Below are positions 1-11,897 of a stretch of 64,000 nt of DNA, piece after piece. Made by a program: the position numbers and the translations under genes. Positions within the stretch are counted from its first letter, which is position 1, and every line of letters starts with the position of its first letter. The stretch is from Mobula hypostoma. Taxonomy: Eukaryota. The stretch lies in contig NC_086097.1 of NCBI RefSeq assembly GCF_963921235.1, positions 204,292,001-204,356,000 of the forward strand, read 5' to 3'. The notes under the pieces were generated by a model. It was not told the DNA's origin. It ran no database searches and saw only the letters and a list, made by a program, of their open reading frames with translations.

Positions 1-71
1 GGATTAGAACAATATGCAATACTTTTTTGGATATCAGCAATTACAAGAAAAAAAAAGTTGAATTCTTTCTG

Positions 72-232
72 GTGGCCCACTAGTGCAGCACAATGCTTTA
101 CAGCAACTAGTTTTAAAGATCAGGGTCTGATTCCCACTGCTGCCCTTCTCCCTGTGAGCCTGTGGGTTTCCTCTGGGTGCTCCAGATTCCTCCCACATTC
201 AAAAGATGTGTGCTTAGGGTTAGAGAGTTCTG
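72..232 (+). mobile_element. tRNA-derived V-SINE fragment (HE1-like)
   Basis: B-box-like GGGTCTGATTCCC, then the V-domain core GGGTTTCCTCTGGGTGCTCCAGATTCCTCCCACATTCAAAAGATGTG; related copies recur in the window. Confidence 0.7.
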
Positions 233-258
233 AGCATTAATTACCTTAAGAGTAGGTA

Positions 259-1197
259 ATGGAGGCAGCAGTTAGGGCAGCTGAGTGCTCCATTTGCAGG
301 ATGTGGGAAGTCAGGGAGAGCACAATTGTGCCTGATGACTACACCTGTAAAAGGTGCATCCAGCTGCAGCTCCTGAAAAACCGAGTTAGGGAACTGGAGC
401 TGGATATGGATAAACTTCGGATCATTCGTGAGGCAGAGGCAGAAATAAACAGGAGTTACAGGGAGATAATCACCCCTAAGAGTCAGGAGACAGGTAGCTG
501 GGTGACTGTCAGGAGAGGGAAGGGGAATAGACAGAATGAGCAGAGCACCCCTGTGGCCGTTCCCACCAATAACAAGTACATCGTTTTGGACACTGTTGAT
601 GGGGACGACCCACCTGGGACAAGTTGCAGTGGTTGCGTCTCTGGCACTGAGATGGAACCCTCAACTCAGAAGGGAAGGAGGGAAAAGAGAGCAGTAGTGA
701 TAGGGGATTCAATAGTTCGGGGGACAGATAAGAGGCTCTGTGGAAGAGATCGAGAATCCCGGATGGTCTGTTGCCTTCCTGGTGCCAAGGTCCGCGATAT
801 CTCGGATCGAGCTCTCAGTATTCTCAAGAGGGATGGTGAGCAGCCGGATGTCGTGGTCCATGCAGGCACCAAAGACATGGGTAGGAAGAGTGAAGAGGTC
901 CTGAAAGGAGAGTTTAGGGAGTTAGGAGCCAAGTTAAAGGACAGGACCTCCAGGGTAACAATCTCAGGATTGCTACCAGTGTCACGTGCAGGCGAGTTTA
1001 GAAATAATAAGATAGCACAGATCAACACGTGGCTGAAGACATGGTGCAGGAGGGAGGGCTTCAGATTTATAGATAATTGGGCAGTTTTCCAGGGAAGGTG
1101 GGACCTGTTCCAGTTGGATGGTTTACATCTGAATTGGAGGGGGACAAATATGCTTGCAGGTAGGTTTGCCAGAAAGGCTCCTGTGGATTTAAACTAG
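259..1197 (+). CDS. CR1 ORF1p: N-terminal Cys zinc finger, coiled coil, SGNH esterase-like domain; intact 312 aa
   Basis: CSIC...CKRC, heptad-like LKNRVRELELDMDKL, GDSIVRG and DGLHLN SGNH blocks; homologous to 61172-62108. Confidence 0.9.
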   Translation: MEAAVRAAECSICRMWEVRESTIVPDDYTCKRCIQLQLLKNRVRELELDMDKLRIIREAEAEINRSYREIITPKSQETGSWVTVRRGKGNRQNEQSTPVAVPTNNKYIVLDTVDGDDPPGTSCSGCVSGTEMEPSTQKGRREKRAVVIGDSIVRGTDKRLCGRDRESRMVCCLPGAKVRDISDRALSILKRDGEQPDVVVHAGTKDMGRKSEEVLKGEFRELGAKLKDRTSRVTISGLLPVSRAGEFRNNKIAQINTWLKTWCRREGFRFIDNWAVFQGRWDLFQLDGLHLNWRGTNMLAGRFARKAPVDLN

Positions 1198-4100
1198 ATA
1201 CAAGGGGGGAGGGGAACCAGAGTGTAGGAACGGATGTAGGGGAGAAGGAAGAAAAAGAAAATAGTAAAGTTGTTTACACCATTAGTGATAAACAGAGAGT
1301 AAGAGGCGGAAAATTTCTTAAGTGCATTTAGGAGCATTATAAGAAAAGTGGATAAGCTTAAAGTATGGGTTGATACTTGGAAGTATGATGTGGTAGCTAT
1401 TAGTGAAACTTGGTTGCAGGAGGGGTGTGATTGGTAACTAAATATTCCTGGATTTCGTTGCTTCAGGTGTGATAGAATTGGAGGGACAAGAGGGGGAGGT
1501 GTTGCATTGCTTGTCAGAGAAAATATTACAGCGGTGCTCAGGCAGGATAGATTAGAGGGCTCGTCTAGGGAGGTTATTTGGGTGGAATTCAGGAATGGGA
1601 AAGGTGCAGTAGTACTTACAGGGGTGTATTATAGACTACCTAATGGGGGAGCAAGAATTGGAGGAGCAAATTTGTAAGGAGATAGCAGATATTTGTAGTA
1701 AGCACAGGTTGGGATTGTGGGAGATTTTAATTTTCCACACACTGACTGGGAAGCCCATTCTGTAAAAGGGCTGGATGGTTTGGAGTTTGTAAAATGTGTG
1801 CAAGATAGTTTTTTGCAGCAATACATAGAGGTACCAACTAGAGAAGGGGCAGTGTTGGATCTCCTGTTAGGGAATGAGATAGGTCAGGTGACAGAGGTAT
1901 GTGTTGGGGAGCACTTCAGGTCCATTGATCACAATACCATCAGTTTCAATATGATTATGGAGAAGGATAGGTCTAGACCCAGGGTTGAGATTTTTGATTG
2001 GAGAAAGGCTAACTTTGAGGAGATGCAAAAGGATTTAGAAAGAGTGGATAGGGACAATTTGTTTTATGGGAAGGATGTAATAGAGAAATAGAGGTCATTT
2101 AAAGGTTAAATTTTGAGGGTACAGAATCTTTATGTTCCTGTTAGGTTGAAAGGAAAGGTTAAAAGTTTGAGAGAGCCATGGTTTTCAAGGGATATTGGAA
2201 ACTTCACTCAGAAAAAGAGAGATCTCTACAACAAATATAGGCAGCGTGGAGTAAATGAGGTGCTCGAGGAATATAAAGAATGTAAAAAGAACCTTAAGAA
2301 AGAAATTAGAAAAGCTAAAAGAAGATACGAGATTGCTATGGCAAGTAAGGTGAAAATAAATCCGAAGGGTTTCTACAGTTATATTAATAGCAAAAGGATA
2401 GTGAGGGATAAAATTGGTCCCTTAGAGAATCAGCGTGGACAGCTATGTGTGGAACCAAAAGAGATGAGGGAGATCTTGAACAATTTCTTTTCTTCGGTAT
2501 TCACTAAGGAGAAGGGTATTGGTAAGGGAAACAGGTAGGGAAGTTATGGAAACTATGATGGTTAAAGAAGTAGTAGTACTGGTGCTTTTAAGGAATATGA
2601 AAGTGGATAAGTCTCCGGGTCCTGACAGGATATTCCCTAGGACCTGGAGGGAAGTTAGTGTAGAAATAGCAGGGGGTCTGACAGAAATATTTCAAATGTC
2701 ATTAGAAATGAGGATGGTGCCAGAGGACTGGCATATTGCTCATGTTGTTCCATTGTTTAAAATTATCAGCCTGCGAATTTGAGATCAGTGGTGGGTAAGC
2801 TGATGGAAAGTATTCTTGGAGATGGTATATATAATTATCTGGATAGACAGGATCTGATTAGGAACAGTCAACATGGATTTGTGCGTGGAAGGTCATATTT
2901 GACAAATCTTATTGAATTTTTTGAAGAGGCTACTAGGAAAGTTGACGAGGGTAAAGCGGTAGATGTTTTCTGTACGGACTTCAGCAAGGCCTTTAACATG
3001 GTTCCACACGGAAGGTTAGTTAGGAAGGTTCAATCGTTAGGTATTAAAATTGAAGTAGTAAAATGGATTCAGCAGTGGCTGGATGGGAGACACCAGAGAG
3101 TAGTGGTGGATAACTCTTTGTTAGGTTGGAGGCTGGTGACTAGTGGTGTGCCTCAGGGATCTGTACTGGGTCCAATGTTGTTTGTCATATACATTAATGA
3201 TCTGGATGATGGGGTGGTAAATTGGATTAGTAAGTATGCAGATGATACTAAGATAGGTGGTGTCGTGGATAATGAAGTAGGTTTTCAAAGCTTGCAGAAA
3301 GATTTAGGCCAGTTAGAAGAGTGGGCTGAAAGATGGCAGATGGAGTTTAATGCTGATAAATGTGAGGTGCTACACTTTGGTAGGACTAATCAAAATAGGA
3401 CATACATGGTAAATGGCAGGACATTGAAGAATATAGTAGAACAGAGGGATCTATGAATAATGGTGCATAGTTCCCTGAATCTCATGTGGATAGGGTGTTG
3501 AGAGCATCCTGAGCAGCTGCATCAGGGCCTGGTTGGAAATTGTACCATCTTGTATCGCAAGACCCTGAGGCGGATAGTGAGGTTAGCTGAGAAGATCATT
3601 CGGGTTTCTCTTCCCGCCATCACAGACATTTACACCACACGCTGCATCCGCAAAGCAAACAACATTATGAAGGACCCCACGCACCCCTCATACAAACTCT
3701 TCTCCTTCCTGCCATCTGGAAAAATGCAGCAGAGCATTCGGGCTCTCACGACCAGACTATGTCACAGTTTCTTCCCCCAAGCCATCAGACTCCTCAATAC
3801 CCACAGCCTGGCTTGACACCAACCTACTATACCCTCTACTGTGTCTACTGTCTTGTTTATTATTTATTATTATTTATTGTAGTGCCTGCACTGTTTTGTG
3901 CACTTAATGCTGTCCTGGATAGGTCCGTAGTCTAGTGCAGTTTTTGTGTTTTTTCTTATGTAGTTTAGTATAGTTTTTGTATTGTTTCATGTAGCACCAT
4001 GGTCCTGGGAAACGTTGTCTCATTTTTACTATGTTCTGTACCAGCAGTTATGGTTGAAATGACAGTAAAAAGTGACTTGACTTGAAGTGACTTGGTATGC

Positions 4101-4590
4101 TGGCCTTTATAAATCAAAGCATTGAGTATAGGAGTTGGGATGTAGTGTTATAAAATTGCACAAGGCACTGGTAAGGCCAAATTTGGAGTATTGTGTACAG
4201 TTCTGGTCACCGAATTATAGGAAAGATGTCAACAAAATAGAGGGAGTACAGAGAAGATTTACTAGAATGTTACCTGGGTTTCAGCACCTAAGTTACAGAG
4301 AAAGGTTGAACAAGTTGGGTCTTTATTCTTTGGAGCGTAGAAGATTGGGGGGAGACTTGATAGAGGTATTTAAAATTATGAGGGGGATAGATAGAGTTGA
4401 TGTGGATAGGCTTTTTCCATTGAGAGTAGGGGAGATTCAAGCAAGAGGACATGAGTTTAGTGGTAACATGAGGGGGAACTTCTTTACTCAGAGAGTGGTA
4501 GCTGTGTGGAATGAGTTTCCAGCGGAAGTGGTAGAGGCAGGTTCGATATTGTCACTTAAAGTTAAATTGGATAGCTATATGGACAGGTAA
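1188..4590 (+). pseudogene. CR1 ORF2 (APE endonuclease + RT) with stops and frameshifts
   Basis: Fragments 1717-2091, 2113-2538, 2519-2782, 2779-3456 (YADD) and 4135-4590 are collinear pieces of one ORF2. Confidence 0.9.
3496..4092 (+). mobile_element. Rex1/Babar-type LINE 3' fragment nested in CR1
   Basis: ORF 3550-3816 (DPTHPSYKLF..LPSGK..SFFPQAIRLLN), T-rich 3' UTR, (GACTT)n tail; CR1 ORF2 resumes at ~4093. Confidence 0.85.
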
Positions 4591-4885
4591 GGAATGGAGG
4601 GTTATGCGCTGAGTGCAGATCGGCGGGACTAGGTGAGAGTAAGTGTTTGGTACAGGCTAGAATGGCTGAGATGGCCAGTTTCCGTGCTGTAATTGTTATA
4701 TGGTTATATGGTTATACGAGCATGTTATGTTGACACTGGAGGCATAGTGACACTGGTGGGCTGCCCAAAACAATCTTCAGTGATCTGATTTGATGCAAAA
4801 CAATGCTGGCTATGAGGGTGACTTATCTAAGCATTAGTTCAAAATTGTCAAATTGTCTCAGATTAATTATATACTTGTAATTTGT

Positions 4886-5718
4886 ATGCAGATGAAGTTT
4901 AATGTGGGTAAATGTGAGGTTATCCACTTTGGTAGCCAGAACCGGAAGGCAGATTACTATCTGAATGGTGTCAAATTAGGAAAAGGGGAAGTACAACGAG
5001 ATCTAGGTGTTCTTGTTCATCAGTCACTGAAAGTAAGCATGCAGGTACAGCAGGCAGTGAAGAATGCTAATGGCATGCTGGCCTTCATAACAAGGGGAAT
5101 TGAGTATAGGAGCAAAGAGGTCCTTCTGCAGTTGTACAGGGCTCTGGTGAGACCACACCTGGAATACTGTGTACAGTTTTGGTCTCCAAATTTGAGGAAG
5201 GACATTCTTGCTATTGAGGGAGTGCAGCGTAGGTTCATGAGGTTAATTCCCGGGATGGAGGGACTGTCATATGTTGAAAGATTGGAGCAGCTGGGGTTGT
5301 ATACACTGGAATTTAGAAGGATGAGAGGGGATCTGATTGAAACATATAAGATTATTAAGGGATTGGACACACTAGAGGCAGGAAACATGTTCCTGATGTT
5401 GGGGGAGTCCAGAACCAGAGGCCACAGTTTAAGAATAAGGGGTAGATAACTTAGAATGGAGTTGAGGAAAAACTTTTTCTCACAGAGGGTTGTGGTTCTG
5501 TGGAATGCTCTGCCTCAGAAGGCAGTGGAGGCCAATTCTCTGGATTCTTTAAAAAAAAAGTTAGATAGAGCTTTTTAAAGATAGTGGAGTGAAGGGATAT
5601 GGGGAGAAGGCAGGAAAAGGGTACTGATTGTGGATGATCAGTCATGATCACTGTGAATGGTGGTGCTGGCTCGAAGGGCTGAATGGCCTACTCCTGCACC
5701 TATTGTCTATTGTCTATT
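4886..5718 (+). mobile_element. CR1 LINE 3' fragment, second subfamily
   Basis: QMKFNVGKCEVIHFG...RPHLEYCVQFWSP...RMRGDLIETYKI, 3' UTR and (TATTGTC)n tail. Confidence 0.92.
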
Positions 5719-6854
5719 AATTTTGTCTGTTTAATTTAATAAAACATATTTCAAAGTAATATTTAGAATTAGTTTGGTCATTGAGCTATTTTCTCAGAGT
5801 ATTTTAAAATACTTCTTACTTTCAGAGACATAAAACTTTTGTGGCTTTGACGACAAATGAAGCTGCCAGGATGACACTTTTTTGCTTCTCTTGGGAATGA
5901 TCCCATAAGGTTCACTGTCTTCTCGTACAGGGTCTCCAGTACAATGTTAATTGGCTTGTAGTTAAGGGGTTTTTCCTGCAGTAACATCCCTACACAGAAC
6001 AAGTACTGGGATGGTTCAACCTTCTCCTTCTCATTTTGCCCTCCTACCATAGAATCTCACTCACGACATCAAGAGATTTTACAGCTAGTACTGTATCATA
6101 CAGTATTTACATACAAAGCACTAGATGCTTTTAAAAAACACACCTGCCTCATAAGAGATATAGGCCACTTTGAAATACTTAATGCAAAACTGTACTCTAC
6201 TAATAGGAAATAGGTAGCTACGCACTTGTTTTGTTTAAATTTAAATAAGAGTGCAAGTTTTAGGTTTCCCTTCTTAAAGAGTGTATTTTTAGTGTACAGT
6301 GCCTTCTTGTGCACAAGTCACATGGATTCCCATGTAAAGTGCTTGTATATTCCACCTGCATGACAGGCACACTTGTCCTTTTTTATAAAATATTTATTTC
6401 CACACTATGAGTCTTACGATTTCAACAGCTGTATATTTTAATACCTCGTTAAATTTAAATTTCCATCTTGACTTTCTGCAACTGAGTACAAGCAAGGTAC
6501 GAATACATTTTATTTATGCCAGCAGGCAGCCCTAGGACTACATTCAGGTAATGAGCAGAGATCTGAATTGCAGATATTTCCTGAAGTGAAGCTTTCAAAA
6601 TATTTATCTCTGCCGTGTCAGAATTCCAACTACAAGTGCACATTTTATAAGAATTTGTTTTATTTTTCTGGGACTGCAATGATACATGCAGAGTACCCTC
6701 ATTCAGTACTAGTGTCCTCAGCCTACATCCAGTGTGTGCATTAAACATACTGTAAATGACACGGAATGACCCAAGGTTCTTTTGTTATTGGTTGAGGATT
6801 GTGCTTTACAGTTTATCCAACATGAGATTTGCATATAGGACAATGTAAGCAATA

Positions 6855-7373
6855 TACTCAGTGGTACACTTTACTAGATACACCTGTGCACCTGCTCATT
6901 AATGTAAATATATAATCATATGGCAGCAACTCAATGCATAAAAGCACGTAGACAGACTCAAGAGGTTCAGTAGTTATTCAGATCAAACATTTGAATGGGG
7001 AAGAAATATGATCTAAGTGACTTTGACTGTGGAGTGATCGTTCATACCAGAAGGAATGTTGGAGTATCTCAGAAGTTGCTGATCTCCTGGGATTTTCATG
7101 CAGAACTGACTGTAGAGTTTACAGAGAATGGTGTGAAAAACAAAAAAAAAACACACCCGGGGAGTGGCAGTTCTGTGGGAAAATTCACTTCGTTAATGAT
7201 GGAGATCAGAGAATGGCCGGAGCAGTTCAAACGGGCAGGATGGTGACAGTAACTCAAATAGCCACAGGTTACAACAGCAGTTTGCAGAAGAGCATCTGTG
7301 AATGCACAGCATGTTGAACCTTGAAGTGGATGGACTACAGCAGCAGAACACCTAATCAAGTGGCCATTGAGTG
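6855..7373 (+). mobile_element. Non-autonomous Tc1-derived element
   Basis: TIRs ACTCAGTGGTACACTTTACTAG / CTAATCAAGTGGCCATTGAGTG, TA on both sides; transposase N-terminal relic MGKKYDLSDFDCG at 6995; second copy at 51127-51654. Confidence 0.8.
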
Positions 7374-7642
7374 TATTTTCCAATATAAACAAAGAAAATG
7401 ATATTTAAGTATGTGGTCAAGGACATAAAGTTTTAGTTATTACCCCTTATCACTTGGAACACTTTCCAGACTGTTTCCTGTAAATCTTTGAAGACTATTT
7501 CACCAGCATTTTAAGGTTAGACCATGAAACATCAAGTAAATGAGGGTATAGCAAAAATAATGGTTCTTGGTTAAACACAAGGATATTGAAAATTTTGAGA
7601 ACAATCTTGTTTTTAAATCCCTGTCAAATTCAAAATAACCTT

Positions 7643-8472
7643 TGTGACGACAAACCAAGTTATCAGACGATTGATGCTGATGAGAGCAATAAGGGAGACA
7701 AATGGAGAAACGTTCAAAATGTTAATGAGAGAGGAGAGAGATAACGAAAAGAGACACAATTCAGAGTATTGACAGACTGGTTGCTTTGAACCTGAACTGT
7801 TTGAAGTTTGATGGAAGGCGATACCCCAGCAGGGGGATAAAAAGAACAGGTTCGCTAAGGCACAACACACCACGAGATCACGAGATAACGAGACCCTGGA
7901 AGAGCGGTGTGCCCCCACAAGTTGGTGAGAGTTTGGAGGTTGGGTTCGTGGGAACCGACCATAGGCGCACAGGGTGAAAAGGGCACGATCGGTGGGAACC
8001 TGGTGTGTGTGTCCGCCCTTGCCTGGGTACCGGGTTCACCGCGGAAGAACGGTCGTATCTGGAATGAAGGGGTCAGAGTCGGTGACCACAGAAGACATAA
8101 AAAGGTCCGCCCGAAACCACCTGTGAACATCAAAGGTCTGCCTGAATCAAATTTGCATTTCTCTCTCTCTCTCTCTCTCTCTCTCCAACGGCACAACAGT
8201 GATTACTGCGAACTGTACTAAGCTGAACTGAACTCTGCGTCACTTGAGACATCATTTTACCCCTAGTCTGCGATAGAGCTTGATTGATTCCTATTACCCT
8301 AGTTCTGTGTACGTGTGCGTTTTATCATTGCTAACCTTTTGCATTTATATCCTTACGATTAGAGTACTGTGTTACTTATTTCTTTAATAAAATTATTAGT
8401 TTCTAGTAAACCAGACTCCAACACGTGGTCCGTTTCTGCTGGTTTGGCAACCCAGTTACGGGGTACGTAACA
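7643..8472 (+). mobile_element. Solo LTR (Gypsy-type)
   Basis: TGTGACG...CGTAACA termini; perfect 4-bp TSD CCTT (7639-7642 / 8473-8476); AATAAA near 8385; related to 25948-26827. Confidence 0.92.
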
Positions 8473-8619
8473 CCTTAATTATCCAAGTTTTACAACTTGA
8501 TCAAAAAAGTAAAAGTAATACGTATTTACTTAATCAATACTAAAAATTTAATTACTATTATTTATAATAACATAGTATTGATCACTAATTACTATTACTT
8601 TTAATAATTACTCCCTGAT

Positions 8620-8870
8620 AAGGCAGTGACTGGACTGAGGCTCAGGAAGGCTATCAGAGAGTTGGGTGTGAGGCAGAAAAGGGCCACTTTCGGCTGTGGG
8701 CGAGGAGGAAGGATAGAAATTGGGGTCGGACTAACCCCATAGGAAGCTGCAAACATTGGCAGGGAGATGTCCCTGCCATGCTCCGCCACCAGGAGATGTA
8801 CTGGGTTTGAGGGAGTGAAACAATAATGAATGGTGGTCCCTGGCTGATGATGCTACTAACTTCAGGGCAC
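8620..8870 (+). mobile_element. HERO-clade non-LTR element, 3' end fragment of a second family
   Basis: Translates LRKAIRELG-EAEKGHFRLWARRKDRNWG, matching the C-terminus at ~15230-15315 (RKAIKALANAAEMSSH*LWLKRRDAVWA); same 3' UTR architecture. Confidence 0.75.
8785..8856 (+). ncRNA. Candidate rearranged hammerhead ribozyme with kink-turn (core nucleotides intact)
   Basis: GUA 8798-8800, GAAA 8817-8820, CUGAUGA 8844-8850; stems described under findings. Confidence 0.65.
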
Positions 8871-9389
8871 TGTTGGAGATGCGGCAGGTGGTAATGTCAA
8901 GCAGGAAACATCTTCCTGTAAGTCTCATTGAAGCAAAATTTCTTTTTGTTTTGCGACACATGCTCGTCTTACCTTTCCTGATAATGAGGCTTTGAAAAGT
9001 CCTGAATGATAGCTTACATTGATCTCAACAAGGGCCAGAAAAAAATGAGGCATATGTCTTTGACTGAACATTTGGATATGTTTTTTTCTAAGTAATGTAA
9101 TGTTACTTCCCAGCACTTACTTGCTTTTTTTTTAGTCCTGTAATACACTGACCGAAACCAAATTCTAGGGTTCTTCCAAGCACCCGGACCATTTTCTAGG
9201 CTATCACATATACCGATGCTGAAGTTATTTTCTTGGTGATTTTCTTAAAATCCAGAAGGTGGCGAGCTTCTACACAAAGATATTTAACAACACCTTCAAT
9301 TTCAGCAGTCTATGTTTCAAATCTTCCTTGTACTTCTCTAATAGCAATGCATAGAGAGAGAGTTAATATCAGTTACAAAATACAGTTGA

Positions 9390-9770
9390 GTGGGATTAGA
9401 ACAGAAAGTGGAGGGCAGTGGAGTAGAAGTGGGGAAATGGAAGAGGGTTGCTCACAGAATGGAGAGACAGACTGGCAAATGGAAAGTTGGAAAAAAGGAA
9501 AATGAAAGAGATGAAGGAAGAGGTAAGCACAGTGGTGATAAGTGGGTTAAAAATAGGGTCAGAGACAAGAAGGAAGATAGATCTGAGAAAGAAGAGGGGA
9601 ATTATAGGAGGAGAAAAATGAGGAAGGAAAAGGATTGAAAGGGGAGGAGCCAAGTAAAGAGAACAGAAGAAAAGAAATGGAACAAGTTATATATGATAAA
9701 GAAAAATTGGATGAGAGGAGGTGGAAGAGAAATTTGATGGGAAATTTGGAGGAGGATAGGAGAAAAATTG
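9390..9770 (+). repeat. Purine-rich low-complexity tract
   Basis: About 380 bp dominated by G/A. Confidence 0.6.
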
Positions 9771-10329
9771 TTTAATCTTGACTCTCATCCAGGCTATGAA
9801 ATTCCTCAAGAGGTGCAATATCTTGTGTAGTTTAATTTCCACCTAATTTTGCTCTTGTGATTAATTGTATTTAACATGCATAATTTATTACTCAGTCAGC
9901 CCTATGAATAGATACTTGTTTTTTCCTCCAGTTGGGCACAAGGTAAGACTGACTTGATCATTTCAAATAACGGATTCTGATTTTGTCAACCAAACTGTTG
10001 CAATTTAAAGCAAAACTATTTTTTTTTAAGTGGTTGGCAACACCTTCATTGCTACAGATTTGCATTCATTGTAAGCTTTTGAAAAAAAAGTATGCGCTTT
10101 GTCTCAAGAGATAATATTGTCTAATTGTTTCCACTAACTGAAGTTGTTCCAGTATGTACTATGTCCAGTTGTTCTACAGACATTCAAAACAGCTTGAAAA
10201 TACTTGCCTGATTCATGAACTATATTCATATATGCAGTTTATTTTTGAAATGAAACATTTCTACAAAAAGAATGCAGTGCCAAGATCTTTATATTTTTAG
10301 TATAATTTGGTCAGAAGGCCCAGTTGTGT

Positions 10330-11555
10330 TAACACATTTTTAAAAAAACTATTCACTATGTAGCACCCCTCCTTTTTTCCCCTTTTCATATAGCTCCCTG
10401 GGGTAAGCCCTGTCTCTCCATGTTTGGTAATGGAAGGAGCCCAGACTGTGGTCCTTTCCAACAGACCCTTTGCACTGGCTGCACCAAACTTCAGTGCATC
10501 CCTCAGCATGTAATCCTGCAACCTGGAATGTGTACTCCTTTATGGACATCTTGCTTTGCTAGAAGACTGAGTTTTGGGCCAATAAGTGATCTTCCAATAG
10601 CACATGACATCTGTCTCAGTGTCTCCGCCTGGGAACAGCCTGTAGACCAGAGAATCCTCTGTCATACAGCTAGTTTGGATGAAACAGAGTGAAGGCCCTT
10701 GCATCTTTCTCCACATCATCTTCGCAAATCCACAATCTGCACAGAGATGGTGATCATCTCTTCCCCACCAAGCCATCCCAAGAGCAGTGTGTGTTGGGAA
10801 TCATATTTCAACTGTACAGGAAGAATCTCACTGCGAAGTCCTTTCTCTCTGCCAGCCAAGTGAGCTCTTGGTGCTTGTTGGTGAGCATTGAGGCATTCTT
10901 CCAGGTGGTTTGGATAGTTTGCTAAGGTAGCCCACCCACAGTATCTGTAGATTCCCTGTCCCACATTATCTGCAGGACATTCCATGCCAACAACTGTCTG
11001 ATGGCATTGTGGTCAAAGGTGTTTGCTTGGAATAACTTGCCTAGCTGTCTAAAACATGGTGTAGCAGCAGGGTCAACCCCATCTTCCACAACACCCAAGA
11101 TAGTTAGAACCTTAGCACGCAGTGAACTTGGTGCCCGTGCACTTTGGGCTCACACGCTACCTGATACCGCTGCCTATGAAGCTGGTCATCAGGATGAGGG
11201 CAATGTTGGGTACATATTTGCCCCCACTGTCTAGCGACATATGCATTGTGGAACTTCAGACTCATTCCATCTTGGATCTCCAGATAAATCAGAAGATGGT
11301 TTATGTTGTGGATGCAAGGGGGAACTGGCCATTCCTGTACCAAGTACAGTAGACTGAGTATTGCACATCCGAAGATCAATTTCTTCCCAGTTACTGAACG
11401 AGGGAGAGCACCATTTCCTCAGAACCAATTTTTGTCTGACCTTGATCCAACCAATTGATGTTACACACCGCAGCCTCTCTGACCCAGATCCCCAGCACCT
11501 TCAGCTAGATGGACCTGATGATGAAAGGGACATTAGATCAGTCAGGCCAGTTGCT
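10330..11555 (-). mobile_element. Tx1-like (L1 clade) LINE 3' part, decayed
   Basis: Minus-strand QDYMLRDALKFGAASAKG C-terminus and a degenerate CCHC region (..HLCADCGFAKMMW). Confidence 0.65.
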
Positions 11556-11897
11556 GAGGAATGTTTCTTATTAATCTTAATTCATTGTAAAGTTATATAT
11601 GAAAGAAAAACATGCAAACATCCTTTTAAATTCATTGTCTTTACATTCAGTAATGTAAACATTTTAAAAGCAAACAAAAAATAATGAGACCTCACTCTTC
11701 CAGCTTAAGTACAATCCTATTAATTTCAATGGCAATGAATTTTGGACATCTGGTACACTAGACAGTCATTGTCACATTCTCCAGGTGAAATATTTCTTAA
11801 TCCAAATTTTAAATCTTGTACTTAGTACTTTGGAATTGCTTGATTTTAATGTCCTGAGCAGACAATGATGTTAAATATTTATTGCTATGAAAACTTC

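Larger units (their letters stand above)
259..4715 (+). mobile_element. CR1 LINE, near full length, ORF2 decayed, interrupted by a Rex1/Babar fragment at 3496-4092
   Basis: ORF1, then APE endonuclease motifs (ISETW, GGGVA, YRLP, GDFNFP), RT motifs (SQHGF, GVPQGSVLGP, YADD), CR1 C-terminus (RPNLEYCVQFWSP) and a (GGTTATAT)n tail at ~4692-4715. Confidence 0.95.

Noticed and set aside
259..1197. SGNH esterase ORF as a domesticated or novel host gene
   Set aside because: Esterase-type ORF1 is established for CR1-group LINEs, and it sits in its normal position before ORF2.
5778..6050. 90-aa minus-strand ORF in unique sequence
   Set aside because: No recognisable domain or convincing splice signals; this length is expected by chance.
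9390..9770. K/E/R-rich ORF in the purine tract
   Set aside because: Low-complexity compositional artefact.
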